A DNA stretch of 63,994 bases, filler included, from Blastocystis sp. subtype 4 (GCF_000743755.1; 20 parts of 20 records of this genome joined end to end with filler, not necessarily neighbours in it); one strand, 5' to 3'; shown: positions 13,789 through 25,897, counted from the first letter of the whole stretch. The notes: a model not told the origin generated them from the sequence alone. Made by a program: numbers and translations.

Positions 13789-14527
13789 ATGACATGGAAA
13801 GGGACAATTTCTTTTCGAATGTCAGGACGAAGGAAGTTTGCACTGATCTCTTGTTTCCTAATCTGCTAGGTTCTTCTATCGGCAGGGTTCCTTCTTCATT
13901 CTCTATGGGAACTACCGAAGGAAGGGATGGACCTTTTCATTAGGACCTGACAGGTTTTGTATTCTTTTGGTTCTATTCTCGTAGATGGTTGTTCCTAAGT
14001 GCCTTAATCACATATGTCACCTATTCTGCAATCAAAATCGATTTCCTACAATCGACAAATCCAAATTCATTTTGGGTTTATCTGAATACTACTCTCTCTG
14101 TCATTGGTACACTTTGTTATCTTTATACAGCAACTTGCAATGCGGGAGTATTAGTTTCCAACGAAGATAATTCTATTGAAAATGGGGATGTACTAGAAAA
14201 GAAGGGATGGAGCTATTGCCAGATCTGTCAGTTATATCGCCCAGTAGGGGCCACACATTGTGGTGACTGTGGTGTATGTTTCGAGCGGTATGTTTGTGAC
14301 ATGTGAATGAAGGGTAGACGTGACCATCACTGTTCCTTTATGGGGTGATCAGTTTGCCTTTTGCAGTCATTTCTAGGCAATGTGTTGCAAAGAACAATAC
14401 CATTACCTTTTGGATTGCATGTTTTTGTATCATAGGAAGTGTTATGACAGATCAATTCTATCTCCTTTATACAGTGAAGTTATATCAAACTCTCTTCTCC
14501 TATTTAGGTAGACTCTTTAGGTCTTAA
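13789..14527 (+). CDS. DHHC palmitoyl acyltransferase
   Basis: CQICQLYRPVGATHCGDCGVCFER / RDHHCSFMG / QCVAKNN assembled across ~30-nt introns, flanked by TM segments. Confidence 0.88.
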
Positions 14528-14542
14528 TAATAAACATGTTTG

Positions 14543-16321
14543 TTAAACAACTTCATCCAATAAAGGAGCTTTCACATCTTCATTTGCTATCTTGGCTTTC
14601 TCTAATCGACGGTTCTCCATCTTTGTGTCTACTGCTTCATAGAGTGTTCCCTTTACCGAATTTACTGAATCAGGAAGTGCTATTGTCATGAGAACACATA
14701 GCAGTGTCAATAGAGCCAAAGTGTACATGCTCAATCCATAGTTCAGTGGAAAAGGCCTTGGCTTTTCGATACTCCATGAGAACAGCATAGGAATCAGTGT
14801 CGGTCCCTACAGATCACTCACACCCACATGATTCACAAAGAAACGTAAGAGACCCGCTAGAACCTGACTCAAACAATATGCTTTCGCTCTAAACTCCTGA
14901 TAGCAGCTGTTAGCAATCAACACATATTGAGCAGTATAATCAAGGAATCACTGACATTGAGAATCAAGGATATTTGAAAATGACTGAACGTATAATGTGG
15001 AAGGATGAAATCATAATAAACAGAACCGTTACAGTTCCTTGCAAATCCAAATTATTAAGTGTAGATGCAATTGGAGTAAAAGCTAATACGAAGACTTGAA
15101 TGAGAGATAAAACAATCACAGAAGTAGTCGTTTTGTATCCATTAGATATCACAGGGAATAAGATCACTATACCTCATTCATCTCTCACATATATACAAGT
15201 TGCCATCTGCATTGGACAGACAAAACTTACGATCCAAGCAAGATCCTTCTTATCAAAACTGAAACCTCCAACGGACTTCTCGGCAGCCAACCAAACAGGA
15301 AGAAGTGTATCATATGTAGTTTGAATAAGTCCTTCAACTGCTACAAATAACATAATCATGAAACTAATGACCATAGAGGAACACAGAGAGAACGATCATG
15401 CGGTCCTTAAACATTGAAAAGTAGTTATTCTCTTTCATTTCAAGCATTACATACTCTTCTGTTGTGAGACTGTCATTTCGATCTCGCTTGCGGAGAATGC
15501 CTGACATGGCTCGCTAACTATCAAATTCGGAGTCTATTTGTACCTTCATTTCTTCGTTCATTTTCTGCTGCTTCTGGCGTTCTTCCAAAGGAAGGGTTTC
15601 ATCGATAAATAGTAGAATAAGAAGAGAGCAAACGAAACACATTAGTCCACAGCAGGCTAGAGGAATTGAAAAAGGAACGAGTTTTAAATATGGGATTCGA
15701 TCAATCAGACCATGCAGAAGCTCTTCAGGATCTGATAGATATCCACCAATAATGGGTCCAAGAAGACTAATAATGAAGAGTTACGAATAAAAATGCCTTG
15801 CTAATGCCATGGAGACGAATATGAGTCCAGTTGTTACAGGTAACATATCTTGTGAACATACTTCAGACAGAACTGTTTTACAAATCCCCAGGTATCCATC
15901 CATGATACCCCAAATACACCGGAGAGTGATGGCTGCATAGAAATTATGACATAGACCAAAAGCTATCATAATAATACCATTTACTAGTTATAAAAACTTA
16001 GTATTAAGAATACCAAAGGTAATAATAACTAATGCTCGTTTTCGTCCATACTTATCAGCATGCCAACCCCAGTATAAACATCCTGGAATTTGACCAATAT
16101 TATATAAAGAAACTAAATATCCTGCATAGTGACCAATTCGTTTAGGATCGATCTACATATAACAAACTCTCATATCTGCGTACTCCTGGGAAGTATGTCT
16201 GAATTAAGAACGGAGAATCAGCGTACAAAAGAGAACACACAAGTTGTTGAACAAAGATTACAAACAGTACAACTGACACAATTCTCCAATTAATTACTCT
16301 CTTTGCACCTTTCTCAACCAT
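14543..16321 (-). CDS. Major facilitator superfamily transporter
   Basis: Multiple TM exons, GWHADKYGRKR MFS motif A, AFGLCHNFYAAITLRCIWG and GGFSF. Many short introns. Confidence 0.85.
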
Positions 16322-16675
16322 TCTAGATTCCTTGAAGATTATGATGATTCTTCTCACTTCACTTTTTAGGAATTCTATTCACAAATTGTTGATACAATTC
16401 ATAATAACAACAAACAGAAATGGAACACAATTAGTTCATTATCTTCTTTATGAAGCTTTCTCCTTTTTAGCAGTTTGTTCCTTCTTCTCTCCATTCAATA
16501 GTCCCTTCTTTCCATTTCCAGAATTCTTCTTTCCCTCTTTACTTTGGATAGTTCGTTTCTTCTCTGTTTTTCCTTNNNNNNNNNNNNNNNNNNNNNNNNN
16601 NNNNNNNNNNNNNNNNNNNTTAATTAATTAANNNNNNNNNNNNNNNNNNNNNNNNNNNNNNNNNNNNNNNNNNNN

Positions 16676-16769
16676 TGTATTCATTGGAGGAAAGAGTATT
16701 GGTGGAGGAGATGACACAGAAAGACTGTTTAAGAATGGCCAACTACAACAACTCGTTGCAGAGTTATAG
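16676..16769 (+). CDS. Glutaredoxin, C-terminal fragment
   Basis: VFIGGKSIGGGDDTERLFKNGQLQQLVAEL* at the contig start. Confidence 0.8.
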
Positions 16770-17747
16770 TTTCTATTATTTGTGAACCTCTTTGTTGTAA
16801 TTTCATCTACGAATTGGGTAGTATAACTGTAGTGAACAGTACGGATGCATATTTCTTTGTCTTACTCATCTTTCCCCATGTTTGCGACTCCATGAATACA
16901 GTTTCTTAAATGATCCTTAGAGATCATTCTCCTTATGGACATCGATAACCTTGTCATCTTTATCGGAAGTCAACAGAACCTATTGTCCTTGCTACCGTCT
17001 ATCACTATCACCAGGATAAGAATATGAAATTCCTATTATCGCCATAGAATTGAATAGTATACTAGTATATCGCATAAACTTGACTATGAACTGACTATTA
17101 TTCTTAGATGGTAAATGTAACTCCATTGTTCATTATTTCTTCGAAAATGGACTGAATTATGATATACTATCCTTATTTCATTAGTACAACTCTTGTGAGG
17201 ATATGGATCTTTCAGCATCTCAAAAGCCCTCTTTGAGATCTTCACAACTATGCTCTTGTCAAAAGGAACCGGTTGCTAGGCAGGAAAAGCCTTCTGGGAA
17301 GATGTATTGTGATGCAGGAATCTAGTCAGAGACTGAGGTATTCTTTTCACATGGCAACCATTTCATAAGTCAAATAGATGATAATGGAATACCAATATTC
17401 ATCTTCACGTAGTATCCATTTGTTCGTAGTGCTCATATTCTCCCACATAGTTAAGTAATATTATCTCTATTTTTGTAGAAACAAAAAGTCGTTGATAACC
17501 CTTCACTAGATGTCCACTATTACACATGCATATACTTTCTTATAATATTTTCGAAACTATTAACATGTATAACAAATAAAAGACCGTACAGTTAAGACCG
17601 CCACAAAAGACGTGTATAGTGATGCGTACTATTGATTATCAAAAAGTCTTCAATACTATTATCTATTAGAATTCGTAAAAAGTGTTTGTGGAAGAACACC
17701 TTTAGTTTTCGTTAGAATAATGAGACTTATCTCTCTTTTGTTCGTGG

Positions 17748-19663
17748 TTGGTAAAAGTTATCTGGTCACCATTACTAGTAGTTTGCTTCGTTACTGTTAC
17801 ATCTTGTGATAACAACAAAGTATTTGCAAAAATCATAAAGAAGACTCTACGATATGCCAGTGAGGAGAAGGTTAGTATTCTCATTGGTGATATAGTCGAT
17901 TATGAGGCTTCTACGTTTTCAGACTTCGACGAGCGTGAATTGGATGTGTGTCTCTCACCTTCACCAAACAGTCAGTATACTCTGAAGATGAGGGATACTC
18001 TTAGTGATTCATGGACAGATGGTGCTTGGATAGAGATTCGTGGTATCAATGGGAATGTTGTTCTAAAAGCACTCATGACTGAGAAATCTAACGAGCTAAT
18101 TCCGTTCTCCTTGTACTCGCCTATCAACAAGAATGAGTCATGGAAATACACTAATATGGTGTCAGATGATTGGAAGTCTCTATCGTTCCCTGAAACTTCA
18201 TGGATCGATGTCACACTTGGTGGAACCACGACTTCAACAGGTACTCAATACTTCCGTAAATCCTTTGATGGATTGGCAGATATGGCTGCTATTGATGTTG
18301 AGTTCAATTATGCAATGGGTATTGTAGCTTACATCAATGGAGTGGAAATTTATAGAGATAATATGAATGCTGGAGAAGTAACTGTGGATACTTTAGCCTC
18401 TGGTAATTATACCACAGCAGAATATCGTGGTATTGTCCGCCCATCAACAGTTGCAGAATCTCAGTCGGTTCTTGCTGTAGAGATTCACTTTGTGGAAGCA
18501 AATCACAGTGAGACGATTGTATTCGATGCATTCCTATCCTTTTTAGCAGGAATAAGTAGTGACAACAAATGTTTTGTTGTTCCTTTCGACGTAACAGCTA
18601 CAGGTGAAGGTTTCACAACTCCTCTTGCTCCTTTTGTATGGACTCGTAACACAGGTTCTGTGTCTTCAGTTCTTCCTGCTTCTCTCACCTTCCAGATCCA
18701 AGGTAATGTAATGCCTATTGTCAATTCATTCCGAATCTGGCCATATTCCAATGTTCTTGAATCACCATCTTCTTTCTCAATTGAGGCGCAGAATGGATCA
18801 GAATGGATCACAGCAATGACTACCATTCAGGAGACATATACAAATAATGTTTGGAAACAGTTCGATTTACGTGGTGCTTCCTTACAATACTCTACTTATC
18901 GTATCACAGTCACAGCCTCAAACTCGGTGTCAGCTACTATTGTGGAGTTGCAATCTATGGTATGTAACTTCGCTTCAGTTTCATCTTTCTCCTATCCTGA
19001 ATCATCCTATTCCTTCTTGAGTAAATATGATATTGTGTCTCTTCGACCAAATTCGTATGGTTTGCAGAACTGTACTTCCTCTCCTGCTCTTCCTAGTGGA
19101 TTAACACTTGCTTCTAATGGTTGTGCAATCACAGGATCTGCTACTGTAGCGAGTCCGGAGACTGTCTATCAGATAACAGGATATTCTGGGCAGAATCCTG
19201 TAACTGCTTCCTTAACTCTGACTTTCACAGAATGTACTGGAACGTTGCTTCGAATTGTTCATACGACATCGTATCTGGCTACGAATGAAGGATTCCGTAT
19301 TCGGAATACCGAGAATGATGACATTCTATTGGATGTTCCTGTTGGATCCGTTCAGGAGTCAACAACCTGGGAAGAGAGTCTGTGTGTTACAGCAGATCGA
19401 TATGATGTGGCTCTGTATGGTTCGACTGCATCGTGGTATTCATCTTCATTTCTCTATATATACGGTCGCTTGCCTGATGCTCAGGAAGAATTGTTACTAA
19501 AAGCTCGATATGATGCTGTACAGAAGAATGATCATGAGTTCTATTTCAGACGTCCTGCTATTGCGGATTCAGAACAATGGTATTATAAGATGGGTGAAGT
19601 GCCTACCAATTGGTTTGGTGATGATACATCAGGTTGGTCTCAGGCTGCTAGAGGATCATTCCC
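17748..19663 (+). CDS. Surface protein of the same family as 294-3204, 3'-truncated
   Basis: Shares YFRKSF, G(I/V)xAY(I/V)NG, LAVEIH, PALPSGL Ig motif and DSWTDG motifs with the 967-aa ORF. True start uncertain. Confidence 0.75.
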
Positions 19664-20115
19664 NNNNNNNNNNNNNNNNNNNNNNNNNNNNNNNNNNNNN
19701 NNNNNNNTTAATTAATTAANNNNNNNNNNNNNNNNNNNNNNNNNNNNNNNNNNNNNNNNNNNNTCTTCAAAACACAACTTTCTTTCATTCTTTCATATTT
19801 CATTCATATTCACATTTCTATTCGAATCATACTATCCAAACAACCTCACTCACACTTCTCTCACTCTAATACACTTCTATTCATAACAAACATCATACTA
19901 ATACTATCTCTATTACAATCATTACATTCAATTCCAATTCTGACAACACTACAGGTTTCATCTCTCACACATTCATCCAATCTTCAATTTCTATACTTCA
20001 TTCCAACATTCACAAACCTAAATCCATACATAACACCTAACTTTAAACATAATTACATTCAATTTGTACCCTACCTTATAATCTACTTTTTCACCTTATA
20101 CCCTACTTATTATCA

Positions 20116-22148
20116 TTGTGTTTAACCGGATCTATGATCCAAATCCAATCTTATACTCATTCTTTTTCTTATCATATTATCCTTATTCATCATATGTCAC
20201 ACAATTCTTCTTATGATTATGTTCAACCAGTCAATATGTTGAAAGAGCAAGATCCTGCTATTATCAAGACTATGATTTCTTCTCATATGGAACATCATAA
20301 TCAAACAGTATCATCACCGACAAATGCCCAACAACATGGAATCGACTCAAGACTATTAACGCAACAAAGACGAAAGAAATCATCCAAACAACCTAAACAA
20401 TCATCGAATCAACGTTACAACCCCACAAAAGGACCAAGACAAACTCACAAAGCAAAGATGAATCCAAGTACTCAACAACATATACAACTCTATGGCATTA
20501 GTCAATCAAGCTGTTGCCAAAGTTCCCCATATTGTTTCGGATCGTCTTGTTGTTACCAAACTCCAGAAACTAGATCGACTCACAGTATTCAAACTTATAA
20601 CGTTATGAATGAACAATTCATCACTCAACTTCGAACAATCGGAACCAAAGTGGGAATGAGAATACAAGTTATGAATACAGTTCAACAACGGCCTATTCGT
20701 TCAGGAAAACGTATTCATCATTCCTCATGGAACATTGCTACTCTCAATATCAATTCCCTCAACTCCAACATTATCATGCTTTCCTTTTATTTTTAACTCT
20801 TTACCCTTCTTTCTTGAGTTCTTGATTCGTACTCTTGGTTTTAGTCTTGAAACCAGCTCTTTGAGTCCTTGTTCTTGGTCTATGGTTTTTGACTAATACT
20901 TCTTGGTCCTTGACTCTTGGTTTTGGTCTCTTAGTCAAAACCATTCTCAAACCAACTCTACTTGAGAATCCAACATCCAACTTCATATGGGTTCAATTTA
21001 AGTATATCAACAATCGTATAGTCGTATGCAATGTCTATGTCCCAGCTCATAATGCTCCAGGGAGAAAGCCGGTATTGGAGAAGCTGGCGAAGAAGATACT
21101 CTATCGTATCAAACATCATCCCCAAGACTCACTCATCATACTTGGTGACTTTAACATGAAACCAGATCAATTGAAGAAATGGATAGGACAATGGAAGATT
21201 CAATGTACTATTCTACCTATTCCAGAGGGTCAATGCACTTATCGAAAAGGCAGTACTGTTATTGACTACATTCTCTGTTATCAAGGTTCCAATCTCACTT
21301 GCAGTAATGCCACCATATATGAATGGAGAGATGAACCACTCTCCGACCATAATGCATTGTGTGCTACTCTCATGATTAACAATATACAGAGTGAGAACAA
21401 CAAGTTCATTGTGAATCGATACAAAGTGTTAGAGGAATTGTCTGTATGGGATGATAATGTCGAGGAATGGCCCAAAAGAGATACTCATGGGGAATGTTTC
21501 ATAAACCATTCTCAAGACACAAATGATTCATCAATGCAAGTAGAATCAGAATCAGAATCAGAATCAGAATCAAAATCAAAATCAGAATCAGAATTAAGAT
21601 TCAAAGCAACAGAATTCATTCAAGACTTGAAAGAAATGTTGAAGAAGAAGCGGATGGTGAAGGAACCATGGAAATCGAAATCAAAGAAGAAGAGGATTGG
21701 ATGTATTCCAAAGGAACTAGTACAACTACTTGAGAAGTGTCGACGCATACGTAGAGAGAAGGCTCAAGGAATAATGAAGAGTACTGAAGAACAAGTGAAG
21801 GATAAAGAGACTCTAATGGAAGGAAAACGAGCATTGAGACAGATTATGAAAGAGAAAGAACTACGAGATCTACAATATGGACTTGATAAATATTCGCATC
21901 ACAATAGTCAATTACTATGGAAGTGGATTCGAGGTCATACCTCAGAGAAACGGGTTGAAAAGGTCATGGTCATCCGTAATCCCACTACTGGTAAGATTGA
22001 AGATAATGAAGAAAGAGTAGCAGAATTATGGGCAAATCACTATCGAGAACTAGCAAGAGATGTGACTGGTCATAGCAAGGACCCAAACTACTGGTTAAAC
22101 AAGGGAAGACTAAACAGTGAGATAGATAAGATAATTAATGAGGCCTGA
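20116..22148 (+). mobile_element. Degenerate non-LTR (LINE-like) retrotransposon: APE/EEP endonuclease and linker, truncated before the RT
   Basis: Intronless. Endonuclease motifs NIATLNINSL, VCNVYVP, IILGDFN, TY...VIDYIL and SDHNAL, then a basic helical linker with LWKWI and WANHYREL as in LINE ORF2. Frame is broken near 20770-20950 and the ORF ends at the hairpin element. Confidence 0.8.
21543..21594 (+). repeat. (GAATCA)n microsatellite encoding Glu-Ser repeats
   Basis: GAATCA/AAATCA tandem run inside the LINE ORF. Confidence 0.9.
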
Positions 22149-22746
22149 GGCCGTGCGTGCTCTGCGGAGGGCGCGGCGCAAGCGCCGCACCTCCTTGAGC
22201 TGACGCTCAAAAAAGGAGTGCAAAATGGTTAAGTAAACAGTCAAAATGGTGTGAACAAAGTAAACATACTTTCTGACACTAAAAGATGGTGCAGTAACAC
22301 GGTGACGAACAAAACGCAAAATGTGGGACCAATAATATGGATTATTTTTTGATGTCCATATAACTGAATAGAAAACGGAATAAAAGGAGTGACTAGTGTA
22401 GTAGTGTAGTAGTGTAGTAGCCTCCAAAATAATTACTACAAAGTAATTCTACCAAAAATCTTTGCAAAATTGAAAAACAGCTACTACACCTACTACACCT
22501 ACTACACCTTCATAAATAAGTCACTAAAACCCTTATAAATAAAAGAATATCCCCATAAATGAGCCAGTTTATGAGGGTTTAAGTGTAGTAGCCTACTTCT
22601 TTGTAAGCTACTACACTACCTACTACACCCTACTACACCAAATCATAGATTTTCATTCACTATTTTGTGAAGCAAACAAAAGTGAATAAACATAATCATG
22701 ATTATTATCAAGAAGATTTTATTATATCATCAATAATGAGATTTTG
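22136..22746 (+). mobile_element. Unclassified element end, copy 1: 17-nt terminus, GC hairpin, conserved core, GTGTAGTA(G)/CTACTACAC iteron arrays
   Basis: TAATGAGGCCTGAGGCC at 22136-22152, hairpin 22166-22194, blocks homologous to 51750-51990 and to the reverse complement of 58025-58258. Runs into the contig end. Confidence 0.7.
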
Positions 22747-22846
22747 NNNNNNNNNNNNNNNNNNNNNNNNNNNNNNNNNNNNNNNNNNNNTTAATTAATT
22801 AANNNNNNNNNNNNNNNNNNNNNNNNNNNNNNNNNNNNNNNNNNNN

Positions 22847-22940
22847 TCAAAAGGCTTGTGTAGTGAAGAAGGTATACTTCAAACCTGGACAGAATCTGGC
22901 TCTTGATGATGTTATCATGGACTTTGATACCACTGCCTAA
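22847..22940 (+). CDS. Biotinyl/lipoyl carrier domain C-terminus (carboxylase alpha subunit-like fragment)
   Basis: KACVVKKVYFKPGQNLALDDVIMDF. TGTTTGTT at 22984-22991. Confidence 0.65.
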
Positions 22941-23223
22941 GTCAAAAGGGATATCTTAGGAGGAGGTCTACGAAGTTATTATCTGTTTGTTCGAGTTGAA
23001 TCGTATCTAAAACAGATTGTGTTAGCGACATCCAACGGATAGCACACTATGTATGATTAATGGATTTCACATAACCTGAGAGTCGATTCTCTCTATCGGT
23101 CATAAAAGACTGTTTTCACTTCAGTCGTTCTCTATTCTCAACTTGACAGACTTCACATACGATCTGTATGAATCGACTTAGATCTTGTATCGAAAGAAAC
23201 AACACGAAAGTAACATATACAGC

Positions 23224-24071
23224 TTAGTCAGTTTCTTCATCGAAAAGGTTATCAGATTCTTGTTTCTCACTTTCGGATTCTGATTTCTCCACAATCTCCT
23301 TCTTTACAGCCTTCGGTTCCCTTGACTTCTTGGGCACCTTCTCCTTTTTCTCGTTCATCTTCTCAGGATGCTTCTCATAGTAGATCTTCATCTCTTCATC
23401 ATACTTCACTTTTGCCTCCCTATACTGTTTCTCCAGAGCCTACAATGAAACAAAAATACTATGTCTACCTCCTTCTCTTCTTCACTAACTTCCTTCCACA
23501 ATTTGCCAATCTCCTTAGACACATCAGTGATCGAATAATCTAGAAGTGGTACTTCCAATCTATCACCTACCAGGATGAGCCTGCTTAATCTCAGCACGCT
23601 TTGAGTTTGTGAAAAGCATATATGCAGTAAGAGGCTTCTTTGGTCTATCAGGGTCCTTTTCTGAAGGATGTGTGGACTTGTATTCTGCCATCTTCTTGTC
23701 AAACTCTGCTTTTTCCTCCTCATAAGCTTTGACATACGGCTAACCACATCAACATTCTAATCAATACCTTACTGCCTTTTCCTCATCATCAAGCTCCTTC
23801 CATTTATCAGCAAGTAACTTCGTTACTTCAGTTAGCTTGAGGGCTACAAGAAGAGTTAGAAAAGATAGCAAAATCAGCATCACATACTCGGATTGTCGTT
23901 CTTGGCCTCAACACGCTTTTCGTTCACATAACGGAAGTAGGGAGACAGAGGTCTCTTTGGCTTATCAGGATCGACAACTTTCTTCGTTCTCTTTGGCTTG
24001 TCCTTACCATTCTATAGAACATATCTCAACCAACAGAAGACACATACGGTATCCTTCTTACTTGGAGACAT
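23224..24071 (-). CDS. HMG-box protein (tandem HMG boxes)
   Basis: DPDKPKRPLSPYFRY and DPDRPKKPLTAYMLF HMG signatures, ITDVSKEIGKLWKE, acidic tail. Short introns. Confidence 0.9.
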
Positions 24072-24578
24072 AATTCAATGAGCAACGGTGATGAAAAACA
24101 CCAAGTTATTCAAATGAAAAGTAGGTGGCTTCACAAATAAAGAAGCGGGTACTTTCGCGGCACATGATTCCTTGAATTGAAAGGATACGATCACTAGACA
24201 CTTGTACAATGGTTATCTTAGTTTGATCATTGCATTCATCAAGTTTTTGATGACAGAATAAACTTGGTTACCTCAGCTATCGATCGTAGAATGAGAAATA
24301 TTTGAGTTCAAAAATGATCATAGGGAGATAACAGATTCACTTATTGTTTCGAGTTGTAATGAGGTATTTGGAACGGCTACGAATGGGATATTGAATGTTT
24401 ATTCATTGCGTAGAACCATGCTATTTATCGCTTATGTTGTGCTTCTCTTTCTGTAGTTTAATATCAATTCATTCTGTAGTTTAGACTACATATGGCATTC
24501 AACAATCACTTGTGGTTAGAAACTACGATTCGATAGAACGCTCACTGCTAGTTTGAAAATGAAACACAGAAAATGACA

Positions 24579-25303
24579 TTACTCCTTCTTCCCCTTCTTT
24601 GATTTTGGTTCCTTTGCCTTTTCTTTTGTGCTGTCTCTCTTTGCTGATTTCTTTGGCTTCTTCATAACAATAGTCGACAGATCAGGCACATGCTCACTCT
24701 TGATTTTGAGAATCGCTTCCATCGACTTTCCTCCGATTACAGTACTTGTTTCAATACGAGCACTTTCACGTTGTTTGAGAATTTGTTTGCTCTTTTTGTT
24801 ACCAAATTGATCTACAAGCATCTTCCGACGTCTCAAATAGTCCAGGTTCTATTCGTGACACAACTACCAAAAGGTATCACATCATCCTTTGCAACAACTG
24901 TAGGTTCAAAGCCCTTAACAGTTTGAGAGACAGAAATAATATCAGAAGTGGGGACCAACTTAATTTCCTTCTTTTCCTCGGAGAAAACACCAAGGAAGAG
25001 TCTTTTCATCAAAAACAACACTCTCCTCTTACTTTTGATCTTCTGGAATCATTGACCCCGTTCCAATCATCTTCAAGCGCTCTCCTTCAATAACAATCGC
25101 TACAGTCGACTTATCCTCAATGGACCTAAAATCTTAGCGATTTCCAGAGAAACGTACTGAAACATCCCGTATGATGCGTTTTCAAACTCTTCCTTACAGG
25201 GGATGGAGTTCTGGAAACCAACTACGCAATGACTCTAAAACGATTCCTCCATACGAATCACAGGTCGTAAGTCTGTGTTAACAGTCTTGCAAGTTACTTC
25301 CAT
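24579..25303 (-). CDS. RNA polymerase I subunit A49/PAF53-like (N-terminal module only)
   Basis: LFLGVFSEEKKEIKLVP and RRKMLVDQFGNKKSKQI resemble conserved RPA49 N-terminal and linker motifs. About four introns. Confidence 0.55.
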
Positions 25304-25584
25304 GTGAAATGAGGATAAAAGTGATCCTATTGTCAGTGGTAAGCTACACATGGATTGTCTCAAATGGTTTTCTGATCACCTGCCAACTCAAACTCTACAG
25401 CTATGATCATTTGCTTTCTCACTAATCAGAGGAATTAAACAATGGGTAGATATCGATCTGAAATTGAACTACAACTAGTCTATATCTATTTCCAATGCTA
25501 ATACCAACGGTTTATTAGAGTTTCCCCATTTAGGCATTTGCGTTTCCCCATTCTGTCATATCTTCAGTATTTCTTTTTACTCAA

Positions 25585-25797
25585 ATGTTTGCTCTTGCTA
25601 AATCTGCGCCCAAGTTCGCCGCTGTCTCTAAAGTGGCTATTCGTGGAGTTGCCACCCGTACTGAGTCTGATCTCCTTGGAGAACTCCAAGTGCCTGCTGA
25701 TCACTACTATGGAGTCCAGACCATGCGTGGTTACAACAGCTACGATATCACCGGAAAGAGACTGTATGACTTCCCCAACTACATCAAGGCCTACGGT
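25585..25797 (+). CDS. aspA: Aspartate ammonia-lyase (fumarase/aspartase family) N-terminus with organellar presequence, 3'-truncated
   Basis: TRTESDLLGELQVPADHYYGVQTMR matches the aspartase N-terminus. The Ala/Lys/Arg-rich leader lacks acidic residues. Confidence 0.75.
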
Positions 25798-25897
25798 NNN
25801 NNNNNNNNNNNNNNNNNNNNNNNNNNNNNNNNNNNNNNNNNTTAATTAATTAANNNNNNNNNNNNNNNNNNNNNNNNNNNNNNNNNNNNNNNNNNNN

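Noticed and set aside
22394..22638. GTGTAGTA repeats as telomeric sequence
   Set aside because: Few copies, both orientations, internal position and no G-tract typical of telomere repeats.
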